NCBI GenBank assembly: GCA_023213395.1
Contig: CM041465.1
Span: 103,051,741-103,115,740 of the forward strand
Reading direction: 5' to 3'
Source: Cycas panzhihuaensis
Taxonomy: Eukaryota; Plantae; Cycadophyta
DNA: 64,000 nt
Part shown: positions 25,016 to 38,969 of the stretch, one piece after another
Layout: each line of letters starts with the position of its first letter
Position numbering within the stretch: position 1 is the stretch's first letter
Position numbers and translations under genes: made by a program
Notes under the pieces: model-generated
What the model saw: only the letters and a program-made list of their open reading frames with translations
Told to the model about the DNA's origin: nothing
Database searches by the model: none

Positions 25016-28000
25016 TGAAACAAGTTAATGTCACAAGGTCATTACATTAGTTGATTATTTCTATGAGTTACTTTTAAAGCCTATATATAATGTAAGTTAT
25101 ATGTTCAGTGAGAAAATAATTTAAAGGATACACAATACAAAAGTTGGTATATGAATGAATGCATGCTTTATGATTGTCAAATCTATAAGTAATTTGATAC
25201 TATAGTCAAGAGTAATCTAAAGTATTAGGCAAATAACAATTATGAAGATCATTGTATGTGGTTTTCATACTTTTGTAGAAGGAAGCAATGAAGTTTGGTA
25301 ATAAAAAGTTCCATATATTAAAGCTTGATATAAAGATGTAGAAAAGACTAATGAGTATCCTCGCTATTAGAATAGCTCAGTTCATGCTTCATGAGGCAAA
25401 GTATACACTTAATGTATCATATTAACAAATTATTATAAGTAATTCTTATGGCCTTAATTCAAGTTAAGGTACCTTTAGGGTGCCATTGTAATCCTAGTAC
25501 TTATTTATGTATTATTATTTTCTATCAATTTTATTTTTCTACATGATATTAGAGAAAACTTATATTTCTTATATGGTATCAAAGCCAAGGTAAAATATCA
25601 AATCTTGTTAGGAGAATTTGATCTATTGTAGATTTTCTAATTTTACCAGTTAAGATTTAGAAGTTCCCTAGTAAGCAAGTGTATTTACCACATTAAGAAG
25701 ACTATTTTCTAATGAAGGTTTACTGATTTAAGGTTTGAGAAGCAGCTAATTCCCCTAATGGTTTAAAGAATTAAAGTTGTAATGGTTTAATATTTTGATA
25801 TTATCTTTGTTGTGTGGTTCTTTATCATAGTTATTCATTTGTATTGTTGTTCATGGAGATGTTGTTTATTCATGTCTATGGCTGGTATTAAGGTGAAAAC
25901 CCTAAATTGGTAATGTACCTACCTATTATCTATTATGCGATTCCATAGTGTTATCATTGTGAATTTATATTGTCATTATATATTTCTGGAGTTAATATAT
26001 ATATAACCAATGTACCTAAGTTACGTACGTATTGGTACTTCATCATGTGTTGTTTATGTACTATACCTGTCTGACTGCTTGTATGTTTGCTAATGGTATT
26101 GTTTGTGAATTTACATTTATTATTTGCTCATGACATTACTATCATGAATTACACCGCTTAATCACTTTGTTTACGCCATTGTATAAAACTCATTGCATTT
26201 GTCATTGGCTTATCTGCTCGCTATTATTTTCTCTACCACAGATCATGATCGCCCATTACCATCTATGAAGAAGCGTCTACTCTTTACTCACCCTGTGCCT
26301 TGCCTCCTTCTATTAGTTCATCCATGCATTATTAAGTAAAGACTTATAGAGATGACTAGGTTACTTTCACTTACTTTTTACATGAAGACCATTGCATTTT
26401 TACATATCACTTCATCATCCATGGAGAATCCATCTTATCTAGTTTGTCACTGTCTTTATAAATTATGCCTATAAATCTATTCAATTTGTCGAATTCATTA
26501 TGATTATTATTTCAAAGCTAGTTGTGAGTTTATCATATATGTTATTCACCATGGTCATTGAAATATATAACATATTCATTGTCAAGGTCATGATTAAATT
26601 CATTTTAATCAATTATCAAGAGATTTAATAAGTTTTTGACCAATTATTATACTTGTAATCAATTTTACATATGGTTTGATCTAATGTTGACCAAGTTGCA
26701 AAGTAATTTTTATCTAGGGTTATAATTTTCAATGGTTTTATTAAACTAAATCAAATTGAAAATCATTTTAGTGTTTGTTAGCCCCTAATGGATAAGCTCC
26801 TAGTCACATGGAGAGCACAAGCAACCTACTACCAATGTATCAAAGGTGCCTGAGTCTTTTTCCATCCCATTTTAGAGGTGCATGTACTGTTTCTTTAATA
26901 TCTTAAGTTCTAGAAGTTTATTTTTGAACCATCTAAATTGTTGGAATCCTGACTTAGAGACAACCATTTTCGTATATGATTTGATATATTTTGGTGTTAT
27001 TCTGATAGAAAAGTTTTCTTCAAAGTTTATGCATTATTTTGGAACCATGAGAGAAAATTAAGATGTAAATTTTATATAGGATAATATATTGAGTATAATG
27101 AACTAATATGCGTACATATGTATTCATTTTTATACTTGTTATAATTGATTTTTATTAGTGAAATATAATTTTCTCATTTTCTTCTTGTGGTTCCCAAATT
27201 CAATGGGAGAAATCACTTTATATGGTTAAGAAGAATAAAATAAAATTTTGAAGTTAAGTAATTATAAGATATTGTTACTAAAGGATACAAATCTCTAAAA
27301 CCAAATTATCTTGAAGTTGAATTAACACCTAATCAATACTAGGAATTGATAGAACTTTTAGAAAAAGATGTAGAAGCATTCAATTACATTTTCTCTACTT
27401 TGGAAAAGAATATATACACTTAGTTATATCATGTTACTATTTCAAACGAAGCATGGGATATGTTAAATTCTATTTATGCTCTAGATGTCAAGCCACTAAA
27501 ATAAAAACTAGTGATTAAAGATAAAAATAAGTTTGAAAAGTTTGATGAACCCGTTATCCTATTTATTCATTTTAGAAGATGAAAGTATCAAGGTAATATT
27601 GTGAGTGACCAAGATATAGGTAAATAAGTTTCTTACGTAATTTTTTAAGAAACTACATATAATCAAGATGATCAAGATATAGGTGATTAAGATTATCAAG
27701 AAAATACAGATATTCATGGTGAAATGGTATGTCAAGAGACCATGGTTGAAAATATTGTTGATGAATCTACTGCTGAATATGAAGAGGCTACTGTCAAATG
27801 CATTATTGAATTTGATGAGACTACTACTATTAAGTATATTAAGTGTGATGAAATTATTGTTGTTATTGGATATGAAAAATTTATTGATGATTATGATCAA
27901 GCAATTTAAGATATAAAGTTTCTTTACTCATTTCTACAAATATTCCTATTACTTCAAAGGAGAATATATTTAAAGTTGAAGATGAATCAAATTTATTTAT

Positions 28001-28630
28001 ATTTGTTGATGTTATTGATTATTCAAATTCAAGTGAAGTTCTTGTTTTAAATATTAATTCAAATTTGAGTATACATATTTTGAAAGATGATTCTAATTAT
28101 TCAAATAATGAGAAGAATTTGCAAGTTGATGAAGATAAATAGATTGTCATTAAGCCTAACCTAGGATATATTCTTGATTTAAATTTTGATAAGAGATTGA
28201 TAAGATCTCAAGTAATTCATAATGGTGAACCTAAAACAAAATATAAAGAAGTTGAAGCAAAAGTTCATGAAATAGCTAATCTAAGAGAGATACTATAAGA
28301 TTTACATCAAAATTAGAATGAACTTATAAAGATTCAATATGATAATTAAAATACTGTACAAATGATGAAGAACTTAATTTTATAAAGAAGAATGAAGCAT
28401 ATAAAGATCAAGCATCATTATTACATTTAAGAATTGATACTATAGAGACAAGTTAAAGATCAAATTGAAGACTGGGTATCAAATATCATTTTCAAGACAT
28501 TTTTGAAGATCAAGTGTTATAAATTCAAAGCAACAATTGTGTTTCTAAATGTGCATTATGGGAGAGTTTTAGAATCACTTTTTAATATGAGAGTGCATTA
28601 TGGAAGAGTGTTATAATCCAACTCTCCCAA
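25016..28630 (+). mobile_element. Non-autonomous LTR element with copia-type Gag only; 3' LTR not found
   Basis: Putative LTR 25016-25543 (part of it recurs at 53388-53695). Two PBS (25544, 25574). VPKFNGRNHFIWLRRIK...L*DIVTKGY and EAWDMLNSIY (copia gag, ~27189-27480). Tandem PPT-like units at 28551-28626. Confidence 0.7.
27189..28430 (+). pseudogene. Copia Gag fragment (DUF4219/UBN2-like) followed by an acidic low-complexity tail
   Basis: Gag motifs as above; the D/E-rich frame includes ORF 27724..27909. No protease, integrase or RT motifs. Confidence 0.65.
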
Positions 28631-28689
28631 GAAATGATTTAATCTAAGTCTAGTTCTAAGGAGGGAACATCTCAAGTATTGCCTTGACC

Positions 28690-31600
28690 TTTTAGGGGTC
28701 AACTTTAAACCCTTTTTTAAAAATAATAAACCACAAAAGCTTGTGGATTATGATTGTAAAGACACATTTATGAGAGTTCAAACTAACACAGTATTGATGG
28801 CACCCCATGAAAAGTTTCCTAAGGTCTGTGGGATGGTTAGCTTACTTACGAGAGACCCTAAGTAAGTTGTCCATATAGACTTCAAGGATTTTATTGATCT
28901 AGTTATAAAAAATAAAATGCATGGCATGTTACGGTTATATTCTTGAAAGGGCATTGCTTTATAGGCAAAATTACCTTAAGGGGTAGTGAATGTTATATTA
29001 TAATGGTCCTTAGGGGATATTTAGATTTTATTATAATTGGCAAAGCCATCCGTAGGTGACATAACTTTAAAATGTATCATTTGATCGATAATTTGATTGA
29101 TAAAAGGTAAGGGGGAATTATTCTTAGGAAAAGAATTATTGCTATCTTAGAAGTTAATACAAATGTAAGTTACCATGTTCTTCTTAATCACTAGGACTAT
29201 GTTGGACACCTAACTAGGGTAGTCTATAGACTCAATTAGGCTAGTGTTGTGGAGTTTTTCTAGTTTTATCTTCACTACTACTAATATCTTATTTCTACTT
29301 ATTTAGCTTAGCACCTAGATAGGTAGTGATTTTGTATGTGATACCATTAGGGTCAATATCTCATACATGAGTATAATCTAATACAAAAATATCCTAGAAC
29401 TCTTAGAAGAGTTCAATAGACTAAGTGGTCTCCTTAGGAGTAGATTTTACTCCATAATAATAACCTTTCCAAGAGCAAGATTGATATCTATTATCCCTTC
29501 CATAAGGAAAATATTCTCCTCCTCAAATTGGGGAGGCTCTTACTTGATAAGTGAATCTAAGGTAGCCTTACTTGAATGAGGGTCGACCAATAGGGAGTGT
29601 AAGGCAAAGCATTTCCAGAACCCTAACTTGTGGTGGTTCATGGAAGATTGACAGTAGGCCTTATTAAGTTCTTTAGGAGAGCTTCATCATACTCAATGTA
29701 ATCCATATCGTCTATGACTTTAGTGTGAATTGAGGCTTGATAAAGAGGAGGGTCATGAATGGATAGTTCATCATATAAAGGTTAATCCAATGAATGTGTT
29801 ACAATATAGGATAGAGAAGTGAGAAGTAACTCAATTTGCATATCAATAAGGTTAATATTACTCTTAGCTCTCCTAATAATGTGGACTTCCTAAGTCTTAA
29901 CACACATGACACTAAATTTAGGATCATCCAACACACTTACGTAGTTTTATTAACTAACCTTATAGGTGTAAAGCAAAGAAAATCATCTTTGACTCGAATG
30001 GGGTTTAGTCTTGATCAAACTTGGGTCCTTCATCCTAGAATGAAGGGCTTAATTATTATTCATTTTCCTCATTATCAAAATTATCTTGAATGGATGGATG
30101 GGGGTTAGATTGGCCACACTTGTGATATTATATAATTTAAAACTTCCTATTATGAACAAATTAAAGTTAACCTAAAAGGGTGGACCAGATAGCCTCTATC
30201 TGGTTAAGCCATGGACTCCCTAAGAGAAGGTTGTAATCCATATTGATATCCAAGATAGTAATCTTAGTGGGGATGGTCTTAGCTTCAAGGGTAAGAGGGA
30301 TGATGATCATCCTTAGGTAGGTCTTAGAGATGCTATCATATCCTTATCATTTTTAAGGAATAGGCTTGAGAGCACTAATTCCTAACTCTTAAAGAACATA
30401 GGTAGGCATGGCTTTAATGGATAATGTATTATTAATAATATAAGACACAGTCAAGGGTTTCAATACTAATAAAGAAAGAGGAAAGGAGTTATCACTCTCT
30501 CTCCTTTAAAGAAGGGTCTTCTTTAGGATCAAAGTATAAAAGAGGTTTGATTGGCTATTTAATAAAAATAAAACTAACCTCACGAGGTTCAAGTGTATCT
30601 AAGAGTACTTATCATTAATTAGGATAGCTTTGTAAAACAGCCATCATGGACATCTAATAGAGATAAACTAAATCTCCTTGATGATGGATAAGGTCTTTCC
30701 TTTACTAATATATTAGGGGAGCACCATTCTCATGTTTTAATAACTAAGATAAATAAGGATAATCATGGGGAGCATTGGGATCTCTATAAGTTAAGGGTTA
30801 AAAGTGGAAGGGTCCTCAACTTCTTAAGTTGCTTGAGATCTAGTGATAGTGAATGCTTGAGCAACCTTAAGCATTTAAATGATATACTTACCCTTTATAT
30901 AATAACTTTGGGTAGCTTCTCTCGATTCTATAGCTTGGGCCTTAAAGATTACTATTTCTCTTATTATAGAGCAACATTTAGTTTAGTGGTCATGGTTTGG
31001 GTTTGTAAGGGTTTTCCCTTACTCTTTATGGCTTAAGACTTAGAACCACCATAGTGTTAAGTGAAGGGATTATTATAGATTTATTTCTTGAGGTCAGGCC
31101 TTGAGGTAGGATGTGTAGAAGGTACTTAGGAAGGTTAGAGCTTAGGGTATTAGGTATAACACTAATTATTATCATATGCATAGCTCTAATGGATTGAACG
31201 CCACTTCTTCCTAATAGGGGAAGCATTTTTCTTATTACCCTTAAGGTTGTGTGCTTCACCTTTTAGTGGGCTTAGGTTGTAATTTAAGGTCTCGTATTAT
31301 CCTTTCAAATGAGCAAATGACTAAAGTAAGAGAGTCCATAGTTTTATCAGAAATACTTACCTAGAGTTATAGTTCTTTAGGTTATGTAGAAGCCACATGT
31401 CTTAGGATAGATTTGGTAAGCTTTTTAACACTTACGTTTTAGTATATTCTAAAGTGAGGCATTTGGACATTATACTCTCATAAGTAGTAGCATCCATTTT
31501 GAGCAATTCCATATATAACTTAAGATGAAGGCCATTGACAAAAAAAATCTCACTTCAACTCTTTAGGCAATGTGGCCTTATAAGAGTAAAGGAGGTAAGG

Positions 31601-33900
31601 GAAGTGCCTAACAAAATCCTTATTGATCTCATTAGGACTTTGTTTAAGGGAGAGGAGGAACTTGGCCCCACTCTTGAAGAGTTTAGATACATCAAAATAA
31701 CTAACAAAGGTATCAACTAATTATTACAAGGTGTGAATAGAATGTGAAGGTTGACGATAAAACCATTTAAAAGCATCCCCATGAAGTGATTATAGTAATA
31801 ACTTCATCATAATATGGTTATATAGTAGGTAATCAATACATACCATGGCAAAGTCTTTAATATGATCAATAGAGTCTTATTGAGTGGTCCCATCAAACAT
31901 AAGAACCTTAAGTAGATAAGGCAACAAGTTAGTCCTAGGTGCCTTAAGAGATAATGAACCACTCTAATAGTCCACATATGAGTGCATTCTTGGTTAGGTC
32001 CATATGTTTATGGGTCTAAGTTATGGTTAATAAGGCCATTGACCTTAAACACCACTATAGGGGAGAGGGCCCTCATGGTAGGTCAAACACAGTTAAATGG
32101 GTTAAGGGATTATCCTAATTGGATTTAGATGTAGGTTTTTCACATCAATTATAACTCCTTTATACCTAAGGTTCCCATAGGGATACATATAGGTATGAGG
32201 GGTTTACACAGCCTAAATATGTGATTTCCATACATTAGTAGTGGTTTGGGCTTAGTGAGGCATCCCCCCTTACATATAAGTTCTATTAGGGAAATCCATA
32301 TTTAAGGGTATAGTTGGAAGATAAAGATGAAGGTATGGAAGCATGTTTTGACCATATAAGCCCCCTAATAGAGGAGTAATTCCATATGGATGGAGCAAGT
32401 CTATATTGTATGTAGGATACGGTTAAGGCCTAATATGCCCCCATGTACTAGGGTATGTAGTTAGGAAGGACATATGGACTAGGAGCAAGCTTAACCATAG
32501 TCTATATAGATTATGGGATATGATCCACCATGTCCTTATTTGATGGGTGGCTAAGGTGTAAAATGAGGTAGAATGGTGAGGTTCACCTAAACCTTGTAAA
32601 GTTAGGCATTAGGTATATAAAGTTTGAAAACTAGTGGAACAATCAAGATAAAATATGAAGGTAGGATTAATCCCACAATAGTCAAGGTATGGGTTAATAT
32701 AACAACCATAAGTTGAGGGGGAAACAAAGCAATGTATGTAAGTACCCCCTATTGGGTTAAGGTATAAGTGGAGGTATGCTTGGATTAGCACTCATGATGT
32801 CAAACATGTGAGTTATCTAAGCAGTGTTAGGAGTAGAAGATGTTAAACTCAAAGAGAGCCCATGGAAATGTGCCTTCAATGAGGTAACGATATTAGAGAA
32901 TTTCTTTGGCATATAATTAGATTAGGGATTTGACATGGTAGTGTGATAGATCTTACTAGAAAGTGTGGGCCAATGGATTAAATGAAGATGTGGTAGATTA
33001 CACCTAAGTAGTCCCAATAATATGTGTTATGGATCCTACCAAATTTTGATAAGATGGGTCAAGATAAAGTTGTGGGTAAGACCCACCTATCCCAATAAGG
33101 TTGCATGTAGGAAAGGCATAGGTATCCTTAGTTGATTTAGAGGTATTTGGTTAGTAAGGGGCTTAGTGGCCCATGGTTACTAGGGTTTCTCTACCATTAA
33201 GGTATACTTGATAGGTGAAGAACTAAAGGATGTAAACTAGTAGGGATCTAAAGGATGAATGCCATGTTACTTCCAAGAATATTAGTACATGCAAGGGATA
33301 TGCCAAAGACTAAAAAATAAGATTAAACAAAGGGGCATACTTGAAACCCTGGTAAGGGAATGAGAGGATAAGTGATGCTTGTAAACTTGGTAAAGTTTTT
33401 CTAGATGAGTTACCCTAAAGTAAAGACTAAAATAAAGTAGAGAAGGAAAAGGATAATGGTATACCACCAACCCTCAATTGGCAAGTCCCTAGCATGGTCA
33501 TTAGAAAGTATAATCTATAAGGGGGAATGACCTTTTGCACAACTTAAAAGAGGACCTAAGGCAAAAAATATCCTTGACTGAGAAAGGAGAGAGAACTTTC
33601 TCTTATAGACACTATGTGTTGCTTAAATATGTATGTAAAGATGAAGGTAAAAGTCTAGGTTAAATAAGAGGCCAAGGAGGAGGATATAACACATGGCTAC
33701 TATGTAAGCATATGATCATTTAATTTTTATCTAAGTAGCACCTAAGCCTAGACTAAATGCACACTTAAGACCTTGTGGGTTTAGATACTTGCAACATGCA
33801 ACCCTTTTATCCTCTTCTATCTTCCTAATTAAGCATGACTTTATGATAGAAGGACCTTATTTTACCCTTTTTCCTTTGGTTCCCTAATTAAAACTACATC
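28690..33900 (-). mobile_element. Degenerate Tat/Ogre-like gypsy remnant, copy 2 (gag-protease-RT)
   Basis: FDGTTQ*DSIDHIKDF (~31850-31900), GDAFKWFY (~31760-31780), INNTLSIKAMP (protease ~30405-30440), YNLLLGSPWL (~30205-30236), AMPF (~28950), ILEVYMDNLL (RT ~28860-28892). Boundaries approximate. Confidence 0.72.
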
Positions 33901-34047
33901 AAAGAGGAGAGATTAAGGGAAAGAAAACTAATGCCATGCATGCACAAACAACCCAAAGATAAACACTCCCTCTCTCTCCTTAACCTTTTTCTTTTTCTTT
34001 TATTTTTTTCTTTTGGGGAATGAAGGGAGGAAAAGAAAGACTTATTA

Positions 34048-34052
<5 letters not shown>

Positions 34053-34090
<38 letters not shown>
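34053..34090. repeat. (CT)n microsatellite
   Basis: Direct sequence. Confidence 0.95.
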
Positions 34091-34092
<2 letters not shown>

Positions 34093-37000
34093 ATCCTTTT
34101 CAAAATGAAAACAAGTATCAATAAAAAGGGGGGAGAGGAAGGAGGAAATACTCTTCTATCTATTTATTTTGATTTCTTTAAAATAAGTAAAGGGAGGTAA
34201 ATGAAGAAATCTTGTCTTCTCTTTTTTCTTTTATGAAACAAGTGGGGTAAAAGAAAGTCTTTCTACCTTACTTTTATTTTGTTTTTTTTTAATAATAAAA
34301 ATAAAGAGAATGAGAGTAGGTAAAAGAGGTGCACCTAGGATATGCCCATAGACTCAATGATTAACCATCCTCCTCTCTAATGCCACTCTTATGTGTAATT
34401 AGCTTTAACAAATAAGGGAAAAACCACCATATGAAAAATCATATATAATGCAAGAAAGAAATCTATATAAAATTTAGTAATATTTCTTCTTTCCAAGTGG
34501 AGTTATAATGTAAAAATGTTCACCATAATCCTTTAAAAATGCTTGAAATTGGAAGAAAATAGAGTTGAGAGGTAATACCTTTAGAGATGATGTTATAAAA
34601 TTTTGGTAGAGTATCCCTTACTGTATATACAATTTCCAATTTGAATCAGATGGCACGTATGCCGCCAAACAATTCTAAGTAAATTTTGGCAATATAATGA
34701 CTAGCCAAATTGCACTTATGATAGAAAAACGTTTCTTGAAAGATTTAAAATCACTAAAAATCAACTTAGAACATAACTTAAAAGAACATAGCTATGGTGC
34801 CTCATAAGAAAATTTTAGCAAAGTTTCCCCTACTTGTATAGGTACTTCTCAATTTCAAAGGAAGAAGGAAGAAGTAGAGAAGAGGAGGGGAAAGGAAAAA
34901 GAAGCTCCAAACTCCATGCTCATACTACTTGTGAACAAGAGTCTTTAAATTCTCCTCTCAATAGTCAAGTTAGTGGTAAAAGAGCTTATATATATATATA
35001 TAACTAAAAGCAATACTCAAACAAATTAATATACTTATAAAAGATGATAAAAGATGGGAGGTTAACCTTAGAAATGACTGACTTACTACCCTCCAAGGGC
35101 TCCACAATATAAATAATCCTTCCAAGGGGCTTCTTGAGCACTTTTAATAGTGGAAAATTAGCACAACATTATGTAGCTAAGAGAAAAATCCAATGAAACC
35201 AATATCAAATCACATGAATAATGTAAACATAAGATGGCATGCATCTCATAAGCAAGAGTCATATAGTGACAATGATTGCAACTAATTTTGGTAGCATAAC
35301 ATTTCAAAAAATTTCCTCCCCTTCCCCATGGAATGTGGGGAGTACAAATAGACTTGCTAAGGGGATCCCTTGAGTCTCATGGTATAGAAGAAACCATAGG
35401 CAAAATCCATGAATACTCAGTGTATGGATTTGAATAAGTGTAAAATCTAATGTGATTAAGTCAGAATTCAAATAAAAACCATAGATTAAGCAATGGCTTT
35501 TAGGAAGTAATGAAGGGATAAGGATCTATAACATTAAATCTATGTTTCACACACTATAATATGCATTTAATTCTAGTGGCTCAAGAAGTAAAAGATAAGT
35601 TTTTTCTTTTTTTTGAAAAAATCATCAATCACAATTTTATAATATGGTGATGTTGCCTTATTATAAAAAATAGAACATGATAGGCCACCCAGTTGAAATT
35701 TTCTCTTAAGAAAATGGCAATAGGATGAGAGATACCCCATCATAATTTTTATAATGGGATATATGCGCCTTGTTATAAAAAATAGAATGAGATGAGGAAA
35801 TATAATGGACCACAATAAAAGTAACTTGAAAAAAAACCAAAGTTAAAATCTCATTAAAAGTAATGGTAAAACTAGATAATTATCATAAATAAGGGCTAGA
35901 AGTACTCTCAAAGGTGCTTGGGGGTGTTTCCAAATATGTGGGACCTAGGTGAATAAGTAATATGATGCTGGTGGCCATGGTTAGGATTGCCATAGGCTAA
36001 AAAGACACACACACTCATCACCATACCATAAGCAAAACCAACCAATATATACAAGCATACAAATATAACAACTAAAAATTAAATTAAAGCAAGAGTAGTA
36101 AATGCATACCTAATTGACTTGTGTGGCCAATGAATGTTGGATTCTTAGATGGCAGGAAATAAGAACTAAATAAATAAATAAATAAAATAATAAACAAGAA
36201 TAAGGTAAATAAGGAATAAGCAAAATGACAAAATAGTAAATTACTACATTATAAATAATAAAATATAATATAAAATAATAATAGAGTGTTAAATAACTCT
36301 CTCTATCTATCTTTATATCTATATATATCTATATATATATATATATATATACCTTACTTGTGGTTCCCTATTCTAGTTGAGTACTTCAAGGTGTTATGAA
36401 TATCTCTTAAGATATGAAAATGCACTAATGTCATAAATTAAAAAAATACATAGATATATATGAGGGTCCTAAATTGTGTGTAACAACTCCAAGTATGCTT
36501 ATAAAAACATAGCGAACACTTGATGCCTACCAATACTCTCATACTCCTTTCTCTATTTGAGTCAAAAACTCCACTATAACACTCCACTAAGGCTTCTACT
36601 ATATTGACATTCATTGCATAGGTATAAATTCTAAATTTTAACTAGATAAGCAAAATATATGGGAGGATGTTTTCTTAACCTCCTACAAAATTATAGTATG
36701 AAATTATAGCTTAATATAACTTAATGTTTTCCAAGTTGTTTGACTAGATAATGGGAAATAAACCCCACCTCCTATAGATCTTCTAACTATTTACTACAAG
36801 TCAATCTACCAAACTATTGAGAAATAAGAGATGATCCATCTATAGATTTATGATATCTATGTATTGATATTAAGAGGAGTTTAAACCACTTATTTACTTT
36901 TTAATTAGTGGTCTCTAATTGAGTGACATTATCAAAGTTTAAAACAAGGAAGAGATAGCTAGTATTGATGAAGAATAATAGTGGGAGTCTAGTAATACAT

Positions 37001-37725
37001 ACCTCAACTTCTATCTTGAATGCATGCCATAAAAAATGATTTCGAAATGATTAGTTTGATACTAAAATACAAAGAACCCACATGACAAAAATATAGGCAT
37101 GGTGTTTTTAAATGGAAATATATTTTAAATTTAAAATATCACAGTGATGCCCTTTCACCTTTTTACCATTTTATAGGCACCTATTGGATGGTTATTTAGT
37201 GATTATTTATTTGTGATCCACTATAGAATTTATGAGATTTACTCCATTTATTTATAAATTTTGGTAATCAAATAATTATTATAAAAGTATTATTTTAACA
37301 ATTAATAAAAGTAATATTGAATTATGATGTAAAGAATTAGATGAGATGATATTAAAATAAAATGAGAGATAATGAGTAGAAAATAAGAGTAATAAAGAAA
37401 TTAAAACTTATTTTCCATAAGTATATGGACAAACTCTTTGACACAACTTTTTAAGAACCGAATTCATCATTAATTAACTATTGATAAGAAAAATACATAA
37501 TGTAAATATATTTTATTCCATTAAGGTCCCATCTAAGTAAGACCTACTCTACAAGATACCTCTCTAAGAAAATCAAAGAGTGGCTAAAGATTTTAAAGAT
37601 ATAAAATATATTATATTATAATAATTTAAACATATGTATGTATGTATACACACATATATATATATAGTGATACTTTTTATACTATAATAGATATAGGCTG
37701 GACTAAGAATAGATGTATTAGAGAT

Positions 37726-38334
37726 TGATGAGGTTAGCTTACAAGGAAAAGATTCTATTTCACATGCAACAAACCTAAAAACAAGAAAGATCCAAAGAAA
37801 ATGTTCAAAAAACAAAGAGAGTCATTTTCACTTCAAATTCCATTCCATTCAAATCTACCAAAAGATTGTCTAAAATTAGATTTATACAAGTAAAAGCAGG
37901 AAGTCTAAAAACTTCTAACCCTAACCCTAACCCTAAAAACTATTTAATTATGCAAAATACTATGTAATTCCATATTTCTAAGTTAATTCCTACTAAGAAA
38001 AGATAGACCAATAAGGGTCATTATATAAGAGTGACAACTAGTCTAAAATTAACTACTATTTTTAGATATACAAAATAAATCTTAATTTTTAGGTATTTTT
38101 AAATCATTTTTTGGTAGACAAAAACTAGGCCTATTATGGGCCTTTAGCCCTATCCTAGGCTATTTTTGCTTCTTCTTCTCAAATAGACCTTTGATTTGGT
38201 GTTGGAAGGATTAAATTCTGACTACTGAGTCAAAAGTTATGCTTTAATCAATAGACCCCAAAATTTAAAGTAAAATAACTAAAAAAGTGAAAAGTAGATG
38301 GAGTTATAATGAAGGTCTAGATGCTCCCACATCA
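37726..38334. mobile_element. Solo LTR
   Basis: Terminal inverted repeats TGATG...CATCA; flanks GAGAT / AAGAT (4/5 TSD match); no adjacent PBS or PPT. Confidence 0.7.
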
Positions 38335-38969
38335 AAGATTCAAATAAAAGGTTCCCAAATACCACTAATAAAATAAACTTTAAAATTAGAAGAGAGGAGA
38401 AGATTTAATAGATACTTGGTATATGTTAATCTTGCATCCCATTATCATGAGGATATTTACTTGTAATATAGTTCTACACCACTTTTGATTTCTAAACATT
38501 ATAGGTACAAGTTAAGAACACTAGGAAATATAAATGGTACTTATTTCTTTTATTTAGATTAGTTATGATGGATTACATATAATATAACTAGATATTTATT
38601 AATTAATAACAATACATATATTTATAACTAAATAAATATAAGTGGAAGTAAAATTGAGGGTTGAATACCCCCATTTTTATAAAAGAATACTTATTTTCAA
38701 AGAGAAAATATTCAAATCACAAATAAGATTACCTTAACCATACAAGGATGGTGTTAATATCATACTAGTAGGAAGCTTCAGCCTCTACATATACTAAACA
38801 AACACAAACTGTATAGTAAGAGATAGCCAAGAGTTCTCCTCTTTTATATCCTCTTTAAGGAAAATGATCTTGTAAAAGTATAGTTTAGTTGTATAGGATG
38901 ATTATACATTTATATCTCTCTGTAAAATAACTACCATAATCTCCCTAAGAGGTTTTGATAAGTTAAAGA

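Noticed and set aside
33894-34121. ORF with RE repeats and a basic stretch
   Set aside because: It is a translation of the (CT)n run and poly-T tracts.
37917-37938. Interstitial telomere
   Set aside because: Only three hexamers, inside a solo LTR.
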